The notes: generated by a model from the letters alone, not told the origin. DNA of 64,000 nucleotides from Candidatus Woesearchaeota archaeon (GCA_018670095.1 JABHRR010000040.1:7331-71330), one strand, 5' to 3'. Numbered from the stretch's first letter, positions 16,362 to 26,788 are shown. Numbers and translations are program-made.

Positions 16362-17396
16362 TTAATCTAAAGGTTCATTTAAGATAGAACCAAACATATT
16401 TCTAATACCATCTTTATCTAATAAAATTTTACTGTGTTTTGAAAAAAGTGTTTCTTGAGGGTCACTTTTAAAAAATCCTTTCTCATAAAATTTTTCATAA
16501 TAATTATCTGCTTGAGTAATAATTGGTAATCTGACAAATAAATTATCGTTCTCAAGAATAAACTCATTTTCTTCTTCAAAAAACAATTTTTCATGCATTC
16601 TTTCTCCGGTGGCTTTACCAATTATAGTGTGATGAGAAGCATCTTTATGGTTAAATTCTAAAAAAACTTCTGCCAAATCTTGCATTTTTACCGAGTTCAT
16701 TTTAAAAATAAAAGTTTCTCCTTCTTCAGCAAGTAAAGTAGCATAGAAAATTAGTTTTACACTCTCCGGAATAGTCATAAAAAAACGAGTCATTTCAGGG
16801 TCTGTAAGATGTATAGGTTCTTCATTTAATAATTGTTTTTTCCATATTTCTAAAACTGAACCACGAGAATCAAGTACATTACCAAAACGAACGGCACCAA
16901 ATTTAGTTTCTGATCTTCCTCTATGATATGCCATTGAAGAAATTAGCCTTTCAGCCAATAATTTAGTAGTCCCCATAACACTACAAGGGTTAACTGCTTT
17001 ATCAGTAGAAATAAGAATTACTTTATGGACATTATTAAACATAGCAGCTTCAATTACATTCTGGGTTCCTAAAACATTTGTTTTAATTGCTTCAAAAGGG
17101 TCATACTCAGATGAAAGAACATGTTTAAGAGCAGCGGCATGATATACAATGTCTACCCCTTGCATTGCCCTAATTAATCTTTCTTTCTCCCGTACATCAC
17201 CATGAAAAAAACGAATGTGATCATGATGGGATAATTTTTTTCTAGCATAGAAAAGTTCAGTTTCACGATTATCCAAAACCCTTATTTGGGCAGGATTAAG
17301 TTTTAAAAGCTCAGTAACAATCGCTTCTCCAATAGAGCCTAGTCCGCCAGTAATAAGGATTGTTTTTCCCTGAAAAAAATCATTGATGCTTTCCAT
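16362..17396 (-). CDS. PseB/CapD-like UDP-sugar 4,6-dehydratase (nonulosonic acid pathway step 1)
   Basis: ILITGGLGSIG Rossmann motif and the hallmark STDKAVNPCSVMGTTK. Confidence 0.75.
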   Translation of the reverse strand: MESINDFFQGKTILITGGLGSIGEAIVTELLKLNPAQIRVLDNRETELFYARKKLSHHDHIRFFHGDVREKERLIRAMQGVDIVYHAAALKHVLSSEYDPFEAIKTNVLGTQNVIEAAMFNNVHKVILISTDKAVNPCSVMGTTKLLAERLISSMAYHRGRSETKFGAVRFGNVLDSRGSVLEIWKKQLLNEEPIHLTDPEMTRFFMTIPESVKLIFYATLLAEEGETFIFKMNSVKMQDLAEVFLEFNHKDASHHTIIGKATGERMHEKLFFEEENEFILENDNLFVRLPIITQADNYYEKFYEKGFFKSDPQETLFSKHSKILLDKDGIRNMFGSILNEPLD

Positions 17397-17506
17397 TAGT
17401 TTTCACCTTTTCTTTTATTTAATTCACTTAAACTTTCATTAAGACAACTAACCACTTTTTTTATCTTTCTATCTTTATGGGCTAATAAATCATTTGAAAT
17501 GGCCAT

Positions 17507-19123
17507 TCACTCATCCCCTTTATTAAAAAACTCTTTAATGGAAGAGGAAATGTATCTTAAATCTTCCTCATTTAATGTCACTGACATAGGTAAAGTTAAT
17601 ACTCTTCCAGACAATTCTTCTGTTAGCGGCAGATCCCCTTCTTTAAAACCATAGTTTCTTTTGTACAAAGTTTTTAAGTGTACCGGATTAAAATAAACCT
17701 TGCTCATAATCCCTTTACTCTCCAAGAAAAATTGAAGTTGGTCCCTTACTTGTTTATTAGGTAAAGTTATAGTGTACATTTGATAAATATGATTAAAACC
17801 AACCAAAGGCAAAGGACACTTTACCCCAGGGGTCATAGACAATTCTCGATTTAAAAAAGTAGCTTTCTTTTTCCTCTCATTAATCATAAAGTTTATTTTT
17901 CTCAATTGAGAAAGCCCTAATGCGGCATTCATTGTTGGCATTCTAAAATTAAAACCAACTTTTAAATAATCACAATCTTTAATAGAAGAGAAATAATCCC
18001 CCTCCACTTCCTCTATTCTTCCTAAAGAACGTAACAATTTCATTCTTTCATATAATTTTGGATTCTCAGTAACAATAACTCCCCCCTCACCACAGGAAAT
18101 AATTTTATTCTGACAAAAACTAAACATAGCAGCAGTACCAAATGTCCCAACTTTTTTCCCATTAACATCTGCCCCTAAAGATTCAGCGGCATCGTCTAAT
18201 AATAAAAGATTATTATCATTACAAAGGCGTGCTAACTTCTCAATATCACGACAAGCACAACCACCATAATGGATAGGTATAACTGCTTTTGTTTTAGAGG
18301 TTATTTTTTTTCTAACATCTTCTGCATCTAATCCAAAAGTCTCTGATTCGCATTCTGCAAAAACTGGGATACCTCCCGCAAGAATAACTGCGTTAGCAGT
18401 AGCAATAAATGTAAACGAAGGAACAATCACTTCTTTCCCTTTTACATCACAAGCTAAAAGAAGCGTGTGTAATGCTGAAGTTCCAGAATTAAAAGTTAAA
18501 GCATATTTTGTCCCCACAAATTTAGCAAGTTCATATTCAAACTCTTGGATTTCTGGCCCTACAGCCCAATTAGTTCCTCTTTTAATAACCTTAGCTATTG
18601 CTTCAATATCATCTTTGTCGGAATATGTTTTAAAAAATGGCATTTTCCATTTTTTAGTTTCACTAATTGGGTCACTAGAACTTAGTATCTTGTCAACTTC
18701 ATATTCTTCACCCACTCGCCTCTCATCAAGACATTTAATTACTTTAGCCGGAATACCATAAGCAACAACATTATCAGGAAGATCTTTGTTAACGAAAGAA
18801 TGAGCCCCAATAGTTGTGTTCTCCCCTATTGTAACATTGGGCATGATAGTACAATGAGTGCCTACACAAGCATTTTTTTTAATAATTACTTTTCCTTTTT
18901 TATTATCGATAGTAGAAACTGAGTAAATGGAACAATGACTACCAATCTGAACATTATCACCAATTTCAACGTATTCTTTAGCATTGATATAAGTAAATGC
19001 ACCAATATCAACAGATTGTCCCAATGATAATTTATCAGGATGTTGAACTAACCAATTCCACTTTGTAAGTTTATTATGTTCAATTATTGGAGTCTCCCAA
19101 TTTTCAAAACGTTCTTTTTCCAT
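17507..19123 (-). CDS. fusion: left-handed beta-helix (hexapeptide) N-acetyltransferase + DegT/DnrJ/EryC1 PLP aminotransferase
   Basis: N-terminal hexapeptide repeats (IGDNVQIGSHCSIY, IGENTTIGAHSFV). C-terminal DegT fold with the PLP-lysine motif MFSFCQNKIISCGEGG. Confidence 0.75.
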   Translation of the reverse strand: MEKERFENWETPIIEHNKLTKWNWLVQHPDKLSLGQSVDIGAFTYINAKEYVEIGDNVQIGSHCSIYSVSTIDNKKGKVIIKKNACVGTHCTIMPNVTIGENTTIGAHSFVNKDLPDNVVAYGIPAKVIKCLDERRVGEEYEVDKILSSSDPISETKKWKMPFFKTYSDKDDIEAIAKVIKRGTNWAVGPEIQEFEYELAKFVGTKYALTFNSGTSALHTLLLACDVKGKEVIVPSFTFIATANAVILAGGIPVFAECESETFGLDAEDVRKKITSKTKAVIPIHYGGCACRDIEKLARLCNDNNLLLLDDAAESLGADVNGKKVGTFGTAAMFSFCQNKIISCGEGGVIVTENPKLYERMKLLRSLGRIEEVEGDYFSSIKDCDYLKVGFNFRMPTMNAALGLSQLRKINFMINERKKKATFLNRELSMTPGVKCPLPLVGFNHIYQMYTITLPNKQVRDQLQFFLESKGIMSKVYFNPVHLKTLYKRNYGFKEGDLPLTEELSGRVLTLPMSVTLNEEDLRYISSSIKEFFNKGDE

Positions 19124-19184
19124 CTTTTTTATTAAAATTATTTTTTAATTTTTTTCTAAATTGTTTTTCAAGTTACTTAAATAT

Positions 19185-19979
19185 TTAAATACTAGTCCAA
19201 CCACCATCAACCATAAATGTGGTGCCGGTTATATAAGAAGCTGCATTAGAAGCTAAAAAAACTGTAGCTGATGCAATTTCTTCTGGTTTTCCCATTCTAT
19301 TCAAAAGTGTTCTTTTTTCATAACTTGAAATAAACTTTTCTTCTTGATTATTGATGATTCCACCAGGACAAAGACAATTAACTCTAATTCCAAAACCCCC
19401 ATAATATGAAGCCAGATACTTTGAAAAGTTTATTATTCCGCCTTTTATCGCTGAATAAGCAGCGGGGAAAGTTAAATGATTATCTTTGTAAATATCAAAT
19501 GTTGGTGCCACCACCCCATAAATAGAACCAAAGTTGATGATTGAACCTTTTACATTATTATTTTTCATTAATTGTGCTACTTCTTTTGCCAAAAGACAAG
19601 CAGAATTAAGTTGTAAATCAATATTCCTCTGCCAAGAATCAATTTTAATGTCTTCAATTTCATTTAACCAATCAGCTGTTCTGGGGTAAGCAACATTAAC
19701 AAAAATATCAATTGGACCTTGTTCTTGATTAAGCCCAGTTAATATTTCTTTGTAATTAGATAAATTTGCAATATCAAATTTTTTATAAATTATTGAAAGC
19801 TTACTTTTCTGACATTCTTCTTGAAAAGATAAACCTAAATCATCACTAATATCTAAAATAATTACTTTAGCACCGGCTTGGGCAAGAGCAATAGAAATTT
19901 CCCTACCCAAAAGACCTAAACCACCACAAACTAAAGCCACTTTTTTTTCAAGTCGAAATTTATTAATATAATCTATCAT
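19185..19979 (-). CDS. short-chain dehydrogenase/reductase (PtmA-like)
   Basis: CGGLGLLG cofactor motif and YSAIK catalytic motif. Confidence 0.7.
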   Translation of the reverse strand: MIDYINKFRLEKKVALVCGGLGLLGREISIALAQAGAKVIILDISDDLGLSFQEECQKSKLSIIYKKFDIANLSNYKEILTGLNQEQGPIDIFVNVAYPRTADWLNEIEDIKIDSWQRNIDLQLNSACLLAKEVAQLMKNNNVKGSIINFGSIYGVVAPTFDIYKDNHLTFPAAYSAIKGGIINFSKYLASYYGGFGIRVNCLCPGGIINNQEEKFISSYEKRTLLNRMGKPEEIASATVFLASNAASYITGTTFMVDGGWTSI

Positions 19980-19990
19980 TTAAAATACCT

Positions 19991-22039
19991 TCAAGTTAAC
20001 CTTTTAAACCCGACATTTGCTACCGGTCCTTCCAAAAGTTGATGAACGTTATTGTTCGCTATTGATTTACTTATGATTGTAAATACTTTATCAACAGCAA
20101 TCAAATAATTATCCACTATATCCTCTGTGTGACAATAAGACACATAAACACTTTTAGTAGTTAAATATCCTAATTTAAGCATTTCTTGTGTAAACAAAGT
20201 ATGTAAAGCATGACTATCTTTATGCTGAATAATAAATGTGGTTAATGGTCTAATACCCACAACTTTGACATCAATATTATGCTTAGTTGCTAATTTTCCC
20301 CAACCTTCACTAATTCTATCACCTATCTTAATCAAATGCTCAAAAACATTATTTTCTGCCATCTTTTTAATTGTAGTTAAAGCTGCAACAAAACCAACAC
20401 GATCTGTCCAGTAAGTACTAGTTATAAAACTCTCTTGTGCAATGTCCATTATATTCTTTTTACCAATAATTGTAGCCATTGGAAACCCGTTACTTATCCC
20501 TTTAGCATAAACAACAATATCTGGTTCAAGCCCATATTTCTGGTAGGCACCTCCCAACATTATTCTCCAACCTGAAGTAATCTCATCAAGAATTAAAACT
20601 GCACCAGTTTCTCTAACAATTTTTTGAACACCCATTAAAAATTCAGGAGTAGGTTCTTTGTGACGGATAGTTTCTAATACAATTACACCAATATCATTTT
20701 CTGTGACAATTCTTTTTAAATGTAACAAATCATTATATTCGAATGGAATTGCTGTACCTTTCAATGAACGTGGAACCCCCAATGGTTTTAAACCCGGCAA
20801 CAAATGTCCATCAAGATTTTTATCATCAGCTAGATTAGCTGCAAGATACCAATCATGCCACCCATGATAACCACAAAAAGCAACTTTATCTTTTTTTGTA
20901 TAAGCACGAGCAATTCTAACTGCAACAGACATAGCTTCTCCACCAGTTTTTGCAAATTTAACATATCCTGCCCAAGGATGCATATTTAACAATAATTCAG
21001 CTAATTCAACTTCTTCAGGACAATTTAATGTGGTCATAGAACCATCATCAATGCATTTTTTAACTGCGTCATTTACATCATCATCAGCAAAACCTAAAAT
21101 ACATGTTCCAATACCCATATATGTCATATCAATAAATTTATTATCATCTAAATCCCAAACTTCCACGCCTTTTGCTTTTTTAAAATAAGCTGGCCATTGA
21201 TTTGGCAAAAACATCTCAGGACGTTTAGAAAGTAACTGACAACCACCAGGGATCATAGATTTAGCTTTCTCCCAAAGTTTAATCCCCTTATCAATTTTGT
21301 TTGTTTGATAATATTTTGATTTCATTAAAGCTTCAATCACAACCATATCCATTTCCTCATCAATCTCAAACTGCTGATATCTTTTTACGGGATAACCCAT
21401 AGTTAATTGGTGGTAAAATGTTTTTTTTTGTTTAAATGCTTCTACTTCAGAAATATAAACTGTTCCCTCTGGGAAATATACTTCTCCTAAATCCTGCCTT
21501 CTTTTAGCATGAGAACTATCCCCCCCTAATTCAATTCCTAATCCTGCACCCAGAGGTTTTATCAAACCGTCAGCATGAAAAGTCATAGTAAATTCCGGAT
21601 GCGAAGACTCTGGTTGAGCAACGCCAACAATAGATTCTGCTTTCTCATTTGAATCTAACATTTCAAGGGCACAATCAATATCTTCTGCTTTTCTCAGAGG
21701 AGAAGTAGGATCAAGTTGAATAATATAATCATAATGTTCACCTGATTTTTCACAGAAATCAAGGGCATGTAGCAAAACATCAGCAGAAGTTGCAGTATCA
21801 GTGGCCAAATAAGAAGGCCTCATAAAAGGAACATCACCACCGCAGTTCTTTGCGACCAGTGCTATTTCTTCATCATCAGTTGAGAGAATAACTCTGTCAA
21901 CATACATTGATTTCTGACCTGCTTCTATACTCCAAGCAACCATAGGTTTACCCGCAATAATTTTTATATTTTTCCTTGGAAAACCTTTACTTCCACCACG
22001 TGCAGGAATTACGCCCAAAACTTTTTTGTTGTTTATCAT
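19991..22039 (-). CDS. fusion: CMP-nonulosonic acid synthetase (NeuA/PseF-like cytidylyltransferase) + class-III (glutamate-1-semialdehyde aminomutase-like) aminotransferase
   Basis: N-terminal IPARGGSKGFPRKN. C-terminal KFAKTGGEAMSVAVRIARAYT and the PLP-lysine region DIVVYAKGISNGFP. Confidence 0.75.
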   Translation of the reverse strand: MINNKKVLGVIPARGGSKGFPRKNIKIIAGKPMVAWSIEAGQKSMYVDRVILSTDDEEIALVAKNCGGDVPFMRPSYLATDTATSADVLLHALDFCEKSGEHYDYIIQLDPTSPLRKAEDIDCALEMLDSNEKAESIVGVAQPESSHPEFTMTFHADGLIKPLGAGLGIELGGDSSHAKRRQDLGEVYFPEGTVYISEVEAFKQKKTFYHQLTMGYPVKRYQQFEIDEEMDMVVIEALMKSKYYQTNKIDKGIKLWEKAKSMIPGGCQLLSKRPEMFLPNQWPAYFKKAKGVEVWDLDDNKFIDMTYMGIGTCILGFADDDVNDAVKKCIDDGSMTTLNCPEEVELAELLLNMHPWAGYVKFAKTGGEAMSVAVRIARAYTKKDKVAFCGYHGWHDWYLAANLADDKNLDGHLLPGLKPLGVPRSLKGTAIPFEYNDLLHLKRIVTENDIGVIVLETIRHKEPTPEFLMGVQKIVRETGAVLILDEITSGWRIMLGGAYQKYGLEPDIVVYAKGISNGFPMATIIGKKNIMDIAQESFITSTYWTDRVGFVAALTTIKKMAENNVFEHLIKIGDRISEGWGKLATKHNIDVKVVGIRPLTTFIIQHKDSHALHTLFTQEMLKLGYLTTKSVYVSYCHTEDIVDNYLIAVDKVFTIISKSIANNNVHQLLEGPVANVGFKRLT

Positions 22040-22213
22040 ATTTGAAACCCGTTATTATAAAAAATTATTATCTATTCACAAAATGTGGTTTAAAAATGTT
22101 ACTAAACTGTAAACTATGTTACACCTAAAGTATAGGGGATGTTTCTTTTTAATAAACTATATAAATGAACGATAAACTATTAAGTAAGAATAAAAATTTA
22201 TAAACTAAAGTAA

Positions 22214-23257
22214 ATGACATACAAAACATGTATAATTGGATGCGGAAATATTGCGAGTATATGGAGCAATTTATTCTCTAAATGGCCAGTTACTCATATG
22301 GCGGCTTACCAAAAACATTCTAAAACAGAAGTGGTAGGAGTTTGTGATATTGATATTAACAAAGCTAAAGAATGTGCATTAAAATGGAATGTTAAAAAAT
22401 TTTATTCTAACATGGATGAAATGTTATCACAGCTAAAACCAGACATTGTTAGTGTTTGTACGCCTTGTGAAAACCATTATGACACTGTTAAAAAAATTCT
22501 TCAATTTCCCATCAAAGCAATATTATGTGAAAAACCAATAGCAGATAACCTAAACAAAGCAAAAGAAATGATTAAATTATGTAAAGAGAAAAATGTACCA
22601 TTAATTATCAATCATCCAAGAAGATATGATGAATTACATAATTATGTGAAAAACAACCTTTCTCATTTGGTTGGAAATCCAAAAAAAATTTCTTTTTTCT
22701 ATTCCGGAGAGATAATCAATCATGGTTCACATCTGTTTGATTTATTAAAAAATTATTTTGGAGAAATAAAATGGGTTCAAGCAGATAGTGAAGGAGATGG
22801 TTTAAATATATTGTTAAAGTTCAAATCAGGATTAGTTGGATCTGTGCTTAGTTTTGATTTTGATGACATTTCAATTTTTGACTTAAGCATAATTGGTGAC
22901 AAAGCAAGAATAGATTTGATCAACAAACCTTTTTGGGATTATGATTACAGATATTTTAAGAAAGAAAAAGATTTAATAATGGATAAAGCAAATATTTTTT
23001 CTAAAAACCATAGTGAAGATATTGATAAAAAATTTGATAGAGAATTTTTTGTAAAAGCAGTTGATGATACTATCCGAAGTATAGAAAGTGGAGAAAAACC
23101 AATCTCTCCTGGAGAAGAAGCTTTGGCGGCTTTAGAAGTGATGATGGCCGCAATATATTCTTCTCAAAATGAAGGAAAAAGAATAAATCTTCCGTTTGAA
23201 ATAGATATGATTTTACCTAAAGCTAAAGGAGAATTAAAAAAATGGCAGAAAGATTAG
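22214..23257 (+). CDS. Gfo/Idh/MocA-family NAD(P)-dependent sugar oxidoreductase (WbpB-like)
   Basis: IIGCGNIA dinucleotide-binding motif and the EKP motif (ILCEKPIA). Confidence 0.7.
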   Translation: MTYKTCIIGCGNIASIWSNLFSKWPVTHMAAYQKHSKTEVVGVCDIDINKAKECALKWNVKKFYSNMDEMLSQLKPDIVSVCTPCENHYDTVKKILQFPIKAILCEKPIADNLNKAKEMIKLCKEKNVPLIINHPRRYDELHNYVKNNLSHLVGNPKKISFFYSGEIINHGSHLFDLLKNYFGEIKWVQADSEGDGLNILLKFKSGLVGSVLSFDFDDISIFDLSIIGDKARIDLINKPFWDYDYRYFKKEKDLIMDKANIFSKNHSEDIDKKFDREFFVKAVDDTIRSIESGEKPISPGEEALAALEVMMAAIYSSQNEGKRINLPFEIDMILPKAKGELKKWQKD

Positions 23258-24615
23258 CAATATTAGGGGGTCAACCCATTAGGACCATACCTTTTTTAAA
23301 CAGAAAAACAATGGGAACAAACGAAATCGAAGCAGCTACAAGAGTTATTAACTCAGAAATTCTTTCTGGATTTTTAGCTGCCCCAGGGAGTTTTTTTAAT
23401 GGAGGAAAAGAAGTTAAAGCGTTTGAAAAATCTTGGGCAGAAAAATACGGTTTTAAACATGCAATTAGTGTTAATTCATGGACCTCAGGATTGATGGTGG
23501 CAGTTGGAGCAGTAGGTATTAAACCAGGAGATGAAGTAATTTGTTCGCCCTATTCAATGTCAGCTTCGGCTACTGCTGCTTTATTTTATGGAGGCATTCC
23601 TGTATTTGCAGACCTTGATCCAGAAACATTTTGTCTTGATCCAAAATCTATTGAAGAAAAGATAACATCAAAAACAAAAGCGATTATTGTGGTTCATTTA
23701 TTTGGAGGTCCTGCAGATATGGATTCCATTATGAAAATTGCTAAACCAAGAGGAATTAAAGTAATTGAAGATTGTGCACAAGCCCCAGGAGTATTCTATA
23801 AGAATAAAGCAATTGGAGCGATAGGTGATATTGGAGGGTTTAGTTTTAATTTTCACAAACATATCCATTGTGGAGAAGGTGGTCTTTTGGTAACAAATGA
23901 TGACGAATTAGCTTTTAGAGCACAATTAATTAGAAATCACGGAGAAAATTGTTTTGATTTGTCTAAATTATCTGATTTAGGAAACGTAATTGGAGGAAAT
24001 TATAGATTAACTGAAATTCAAGCCGCAATTGCATTTGAACAATTGAAAAAGTTAGAAGATATATTAGAGCGAAGACAGACGTTAGCAAAATACCTAAATG
24101 AAAGATTGTCTAAAATTAATGGGATTAGTGTTAAAGAAGTAGAAGAGGGTAGTACCCATGCATATTATATGTATCCATTCAGATTTCATGAAGATATTTT
24201 TGGAATCTCAAGAAATCTTTTTTTACGTGCAGTAAGTGCTGAGCTGCCTAAACCTTCAAACTGGGAGACGACTCCATTAGCTGAAGGTTATGTGAAACCA
24301 TTATATCTTAACGATATTTATCAACAAAAAATAGCTATTGGAACCAAAGGATTTCCATTTAATGTAAATAAGGAAGTAAATTATGATTATTCTAAAGGCA
24401 TTTGTCCCGTTACTGAAAAACTATATTACCAAGAAATGTTATATTCCCCTTTAGTAAGAGAACCACTATCCATTGAAGATATGAAAGATTTTGTTGATGC
24501 AATTGAAAAAGTAATCAACAATATAGATCAATTAAAAAACAGTGATCTCAATAATGGAACAGATGAGATTCATGATGCTGTGAAAGCTGTTGAAGATGTA
24601 GGAACAACAAAATAA
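23242..24615 (+). CDS. DegT/DnrJ/EryC1-family aminotransferase (WbpE-like)
   Basis: GGFSFNFHKHIHCGEGG PLP-lysine motif; 16-nt overlap with the upstream oxidoreductase gene. Confidence 0.75.
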   Translation: MAERLAILGGQPIRTIPFLNRKTMGTNEIEAATRVINSEILSGFLAAPGSFFNGGKEVKAFEKSWAEKYGFKHAISVNSWTSGLMVAVGAVGIKPGDEVICSPYSMSASATAALFYGGIPVFADLDPETFCLDPKSIEEKITSKTKAIIVVHLFGGPADMDSIMKIAKPRGIKVIEDCAQAPGVFYKNKAIGAIGDIGGFSFNFHKHIHCGEGGLLVTNDDELAFRAQLIRNHGENCFDLSKLSDLGNVIGGNYRLTEIQAAIAFEQLKKLEDILERRQTLAKYLNERLSKINGISVKEVEEGSTHAYYMYPFRFHEDIFGISRNLFLRAVSAELPKPSNWETTPLAEGYVKPLYLNDIYQQKIAIGTKGFPFNVNKEVNYDYSKGICPVTEKLYYQEMLYSPLVREPLSIEDMKDFVDAIEKVINNIDQLKNSDLNNGTDEIHDAVKAVEDVGTTK

Positions 24616-24655
24616 ATATCCAAATAAGGTATTAAGAAGATAAATAATCAGAAAA

Positions 24656-26788
24656 ATGAAAAAAATATTATTTACTGCCCAAGACCCCTCTAGTGGGAAT
24701 ATTGTTTCTGTCCTAGTTAAGAAAATTAAAAATACTGAATTAAAAATACTTGGTTCAAAAGAAAGTAAGAAAATATTCATAAAAGAAAAGATTAGTTTCT
24801 TAGATGTTGATCAAGAGGATAAAATATTTAACTTTGAACAGATTGTTGAAGAATTTCGACCAGACTTAATTGTTACTGGTGCTAGCGTTGGAGATACCAT
24901 TGACAGAAAAGCAATCTTATTAGCACGTGAAAAAAAAGTACCTTCCGTTTCGATTTTAGATTTTTGGGTGAATTATGTTGAGAGATATAGTAACTTGGAC
25001 AATGGAGATAAATTAGTATTCTTACCAGATTATGTGTTTATCCCAGACAAATTAGCTAAAGAAGACATGATAAAATTAGGTTTCCCTGAAGAAAAGTTGG
25101 TAATTACTGGAAATCCCTATTTTGATACTTTTACACAATCAACAAAGAAGGGGGATTATATTTTATATATATCTCAAACAAAACCAACATTAGAAAAAGA
25201 TAACGTTGAATTTAATTTCGAACCTCGAGTATTAGATGATTTATTAGAATTTTTAAGTAAAGGTCAAAAATTAGTAATAAGACTTCATCCTAAAGATAAT
25301 ATAAAAGATTTTGAGAATTACCTAAAAAATAAAAACAGAGAAGACATAATCTTAGATCAAGATAGTAATCTAGATGAACTTATCGATGAGAGTAAAATAA
25401 TAATAGGTATCTCTTCAATTGTTTTATTACAAGCTGCGTTGAAAAAAAAAATTGTTATAAGTTATATCCCAAACATAGATCAATCAAAAGATAATTTTAT
25501 TTGTAAAAGATTAAACATCTGTTATAGTGCTTATGAAAAAGAAGAATTTTTAAGATTGCTTGAAGAAGCAACTAGTGGAAAATTAAAGCCTATCTCTTTT
25601 GAAAATAAACTTAATAAACAAACAACAGAAAGAGTTCTAGAAGAATTTAACAAAATTATAAATCATCAAGGGAGTATAAATAACCATGGAAATAACGACA
25701 ATAAGAGCGAGGGTGGTGGTGATGATAAAGACAATTTGTTTCAGATAGAAAAATTTACAGAAATAAATAGGGAAGAATGGGACCAGTTTTGTTTACAATC
25801 AAACGATGCTTGGTTTTGGCACACTACTACTTATATGGATTATTCATTATGTTATATACCTAAAGCCAATCCAGTTAATAAATCTTTTTTAATTAGGAAT
25901 GGGAAAGAAATTTTAGCAATATTTACTTTAATAAAACAAACAATTGATGGAAACAATATCCTAAAACATGGATATAACCCCAATCCAAATCCTTGCTTCA
26001 GAAATAATGATGGTTCTAGTTTTAAAAAAAAACTAATGAAAATTGGAATGGAAGAAATAGATAAAATCGCTAAAGAAGAAAATTGTAAAGAATGTCAAAT
26101 AGAAATAACCCCTTTAAGTAAAAATAGGATGTTTGACTTAAAATATAATTACTTGATGGATTTTGATTTTTTAAATTATGATACGGTCACTTTAATTGTT
26201 GACATATTTCCAGATATAGAGAAAGTAAAAAGTAATATTAGAAAAACTTATCGTCACATTTTCAACAATTATAAAAACAAAATAATTTGTAATGTGTATG
26301 ATGAAAAGAATATTACTTGGGAGATATATTTGAGATACAAAGAATTACATCACAAAGATGCAGGATATCAAACCAGGCCAGACGAAAACTTTAAAGTGAT
26401 GTATAAAGCAATTAAAGAAGGAAATGGATTTCTAGTAGAAATTACTAAATTAAATGAAGAACATTTAGGATATGGATTATTTAATCTTTACAAAAACAGT
26501 GCATTATATAGTTCTGCTTGTACTGACCCTTCTTGTAAATTACCTGTTGGCCATTTAGTTCAATGGGGAGCTTTGCAGTATTTAAGTAAGATTGGTGCAT
26601 CACATTATGATACCAGTAATCAGTTTCCTAGCAAGCAATTATTACAAGATTTTGATGAAAAAAGAAAAGCAATTTCATTTTTCAAGAGGGGATTTGGGGG
26701 AGAGTTACACCAAGTTTTCCGAGGAAGAAAGTTTTATGATTCTGAATATCTGAAGAACGAAATTATGAAACAGATTGATAACGAGTAA
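24656..26788 (+). CDS. two-domain protein: N-terminal HP-motif GT-B transferase-like domain + C-terminal FemAB/GNAT-like (aminoacyl/acyl-transferase) domain, putative
   Basis: N-terminus has RLHPKDN ... IIIGISSIVLLQAALKKKIV, paralogous to the 13550 protein. The C-terminal about 340 aa (EWDQFCLQSNDAWFWHT...) resembles the FemAB-family Acetyltransf_6 fold. Confidence 0.35.
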   Translation: MKKILFTAQDPSSGNIVSVLVKKIKNTELKILGSKESKKIFIKEKISFLDVDQEDKIFNFEQIVEEFRPDLIVTGASVGDTIDRKAILLAREKKVPSVSILDFWVNYVERYSNLDNGDKLVFLPDYVFIPDKLAKEDMIKLGFPEEKLVITGNPYFDTFTQSTKKGDYILYISQTKPTLEKDNVEFNFEPRVLDDLLEFLSKGQKLVIRLHPKDNIKDFENYLKNKNREDIILDQDSNLDELIDESKIIIGISSIVLLQAALKKKIVISYIPNIDQSKDNFICKRLNICYSAYEKEEFLRLLEEATSGKLKPISFENKLNKQTTERVLEEFNKIINHQGSINNHGNNDNKSEGGGDDKDNLFQIEKFTEINREEWDQFCLQSNDAWFWHTTTYMDYSLCYIPKANPVNKSFLIRNGKEILAIFTLIKQTIDGNNILKHGYNPNPNPCFRNNDGSSFKKKLMKIGMEEIDKIAKEENCKECQIEITPLSKNRMFDLKYNYLMDFDFLNYDTVTLIVDIFPDIEKVKSNIRKTYRHIFNNYKNKIICNVYDEKNITWEIYLRYKELHHKDAGYQTRPDENFKVMYKAIKEGNGFLVEITKLNEEHLGYGLFNLYKNSALYSSACTDPSCKLPVGHLVQWGALQYLSKIGASHYDTSNQFPSKQLLQDFDEKRKAISFFKRGFGGELHQVFRGRKFYDSEYLKNEIMKQIDNE

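Noticed and set aside
22040-22213. A 174-bp AT-rich divergent intergenic region between the nonulosonate operon and the Gfo/DegT operon, as a specific regulatory element.
   Set aside because: It has TATA-like stretches (aaactatataaatgaacg), but these are ubiquitous at this base composition. There is no clear palindrome or repeat, so I could not support a specific site.
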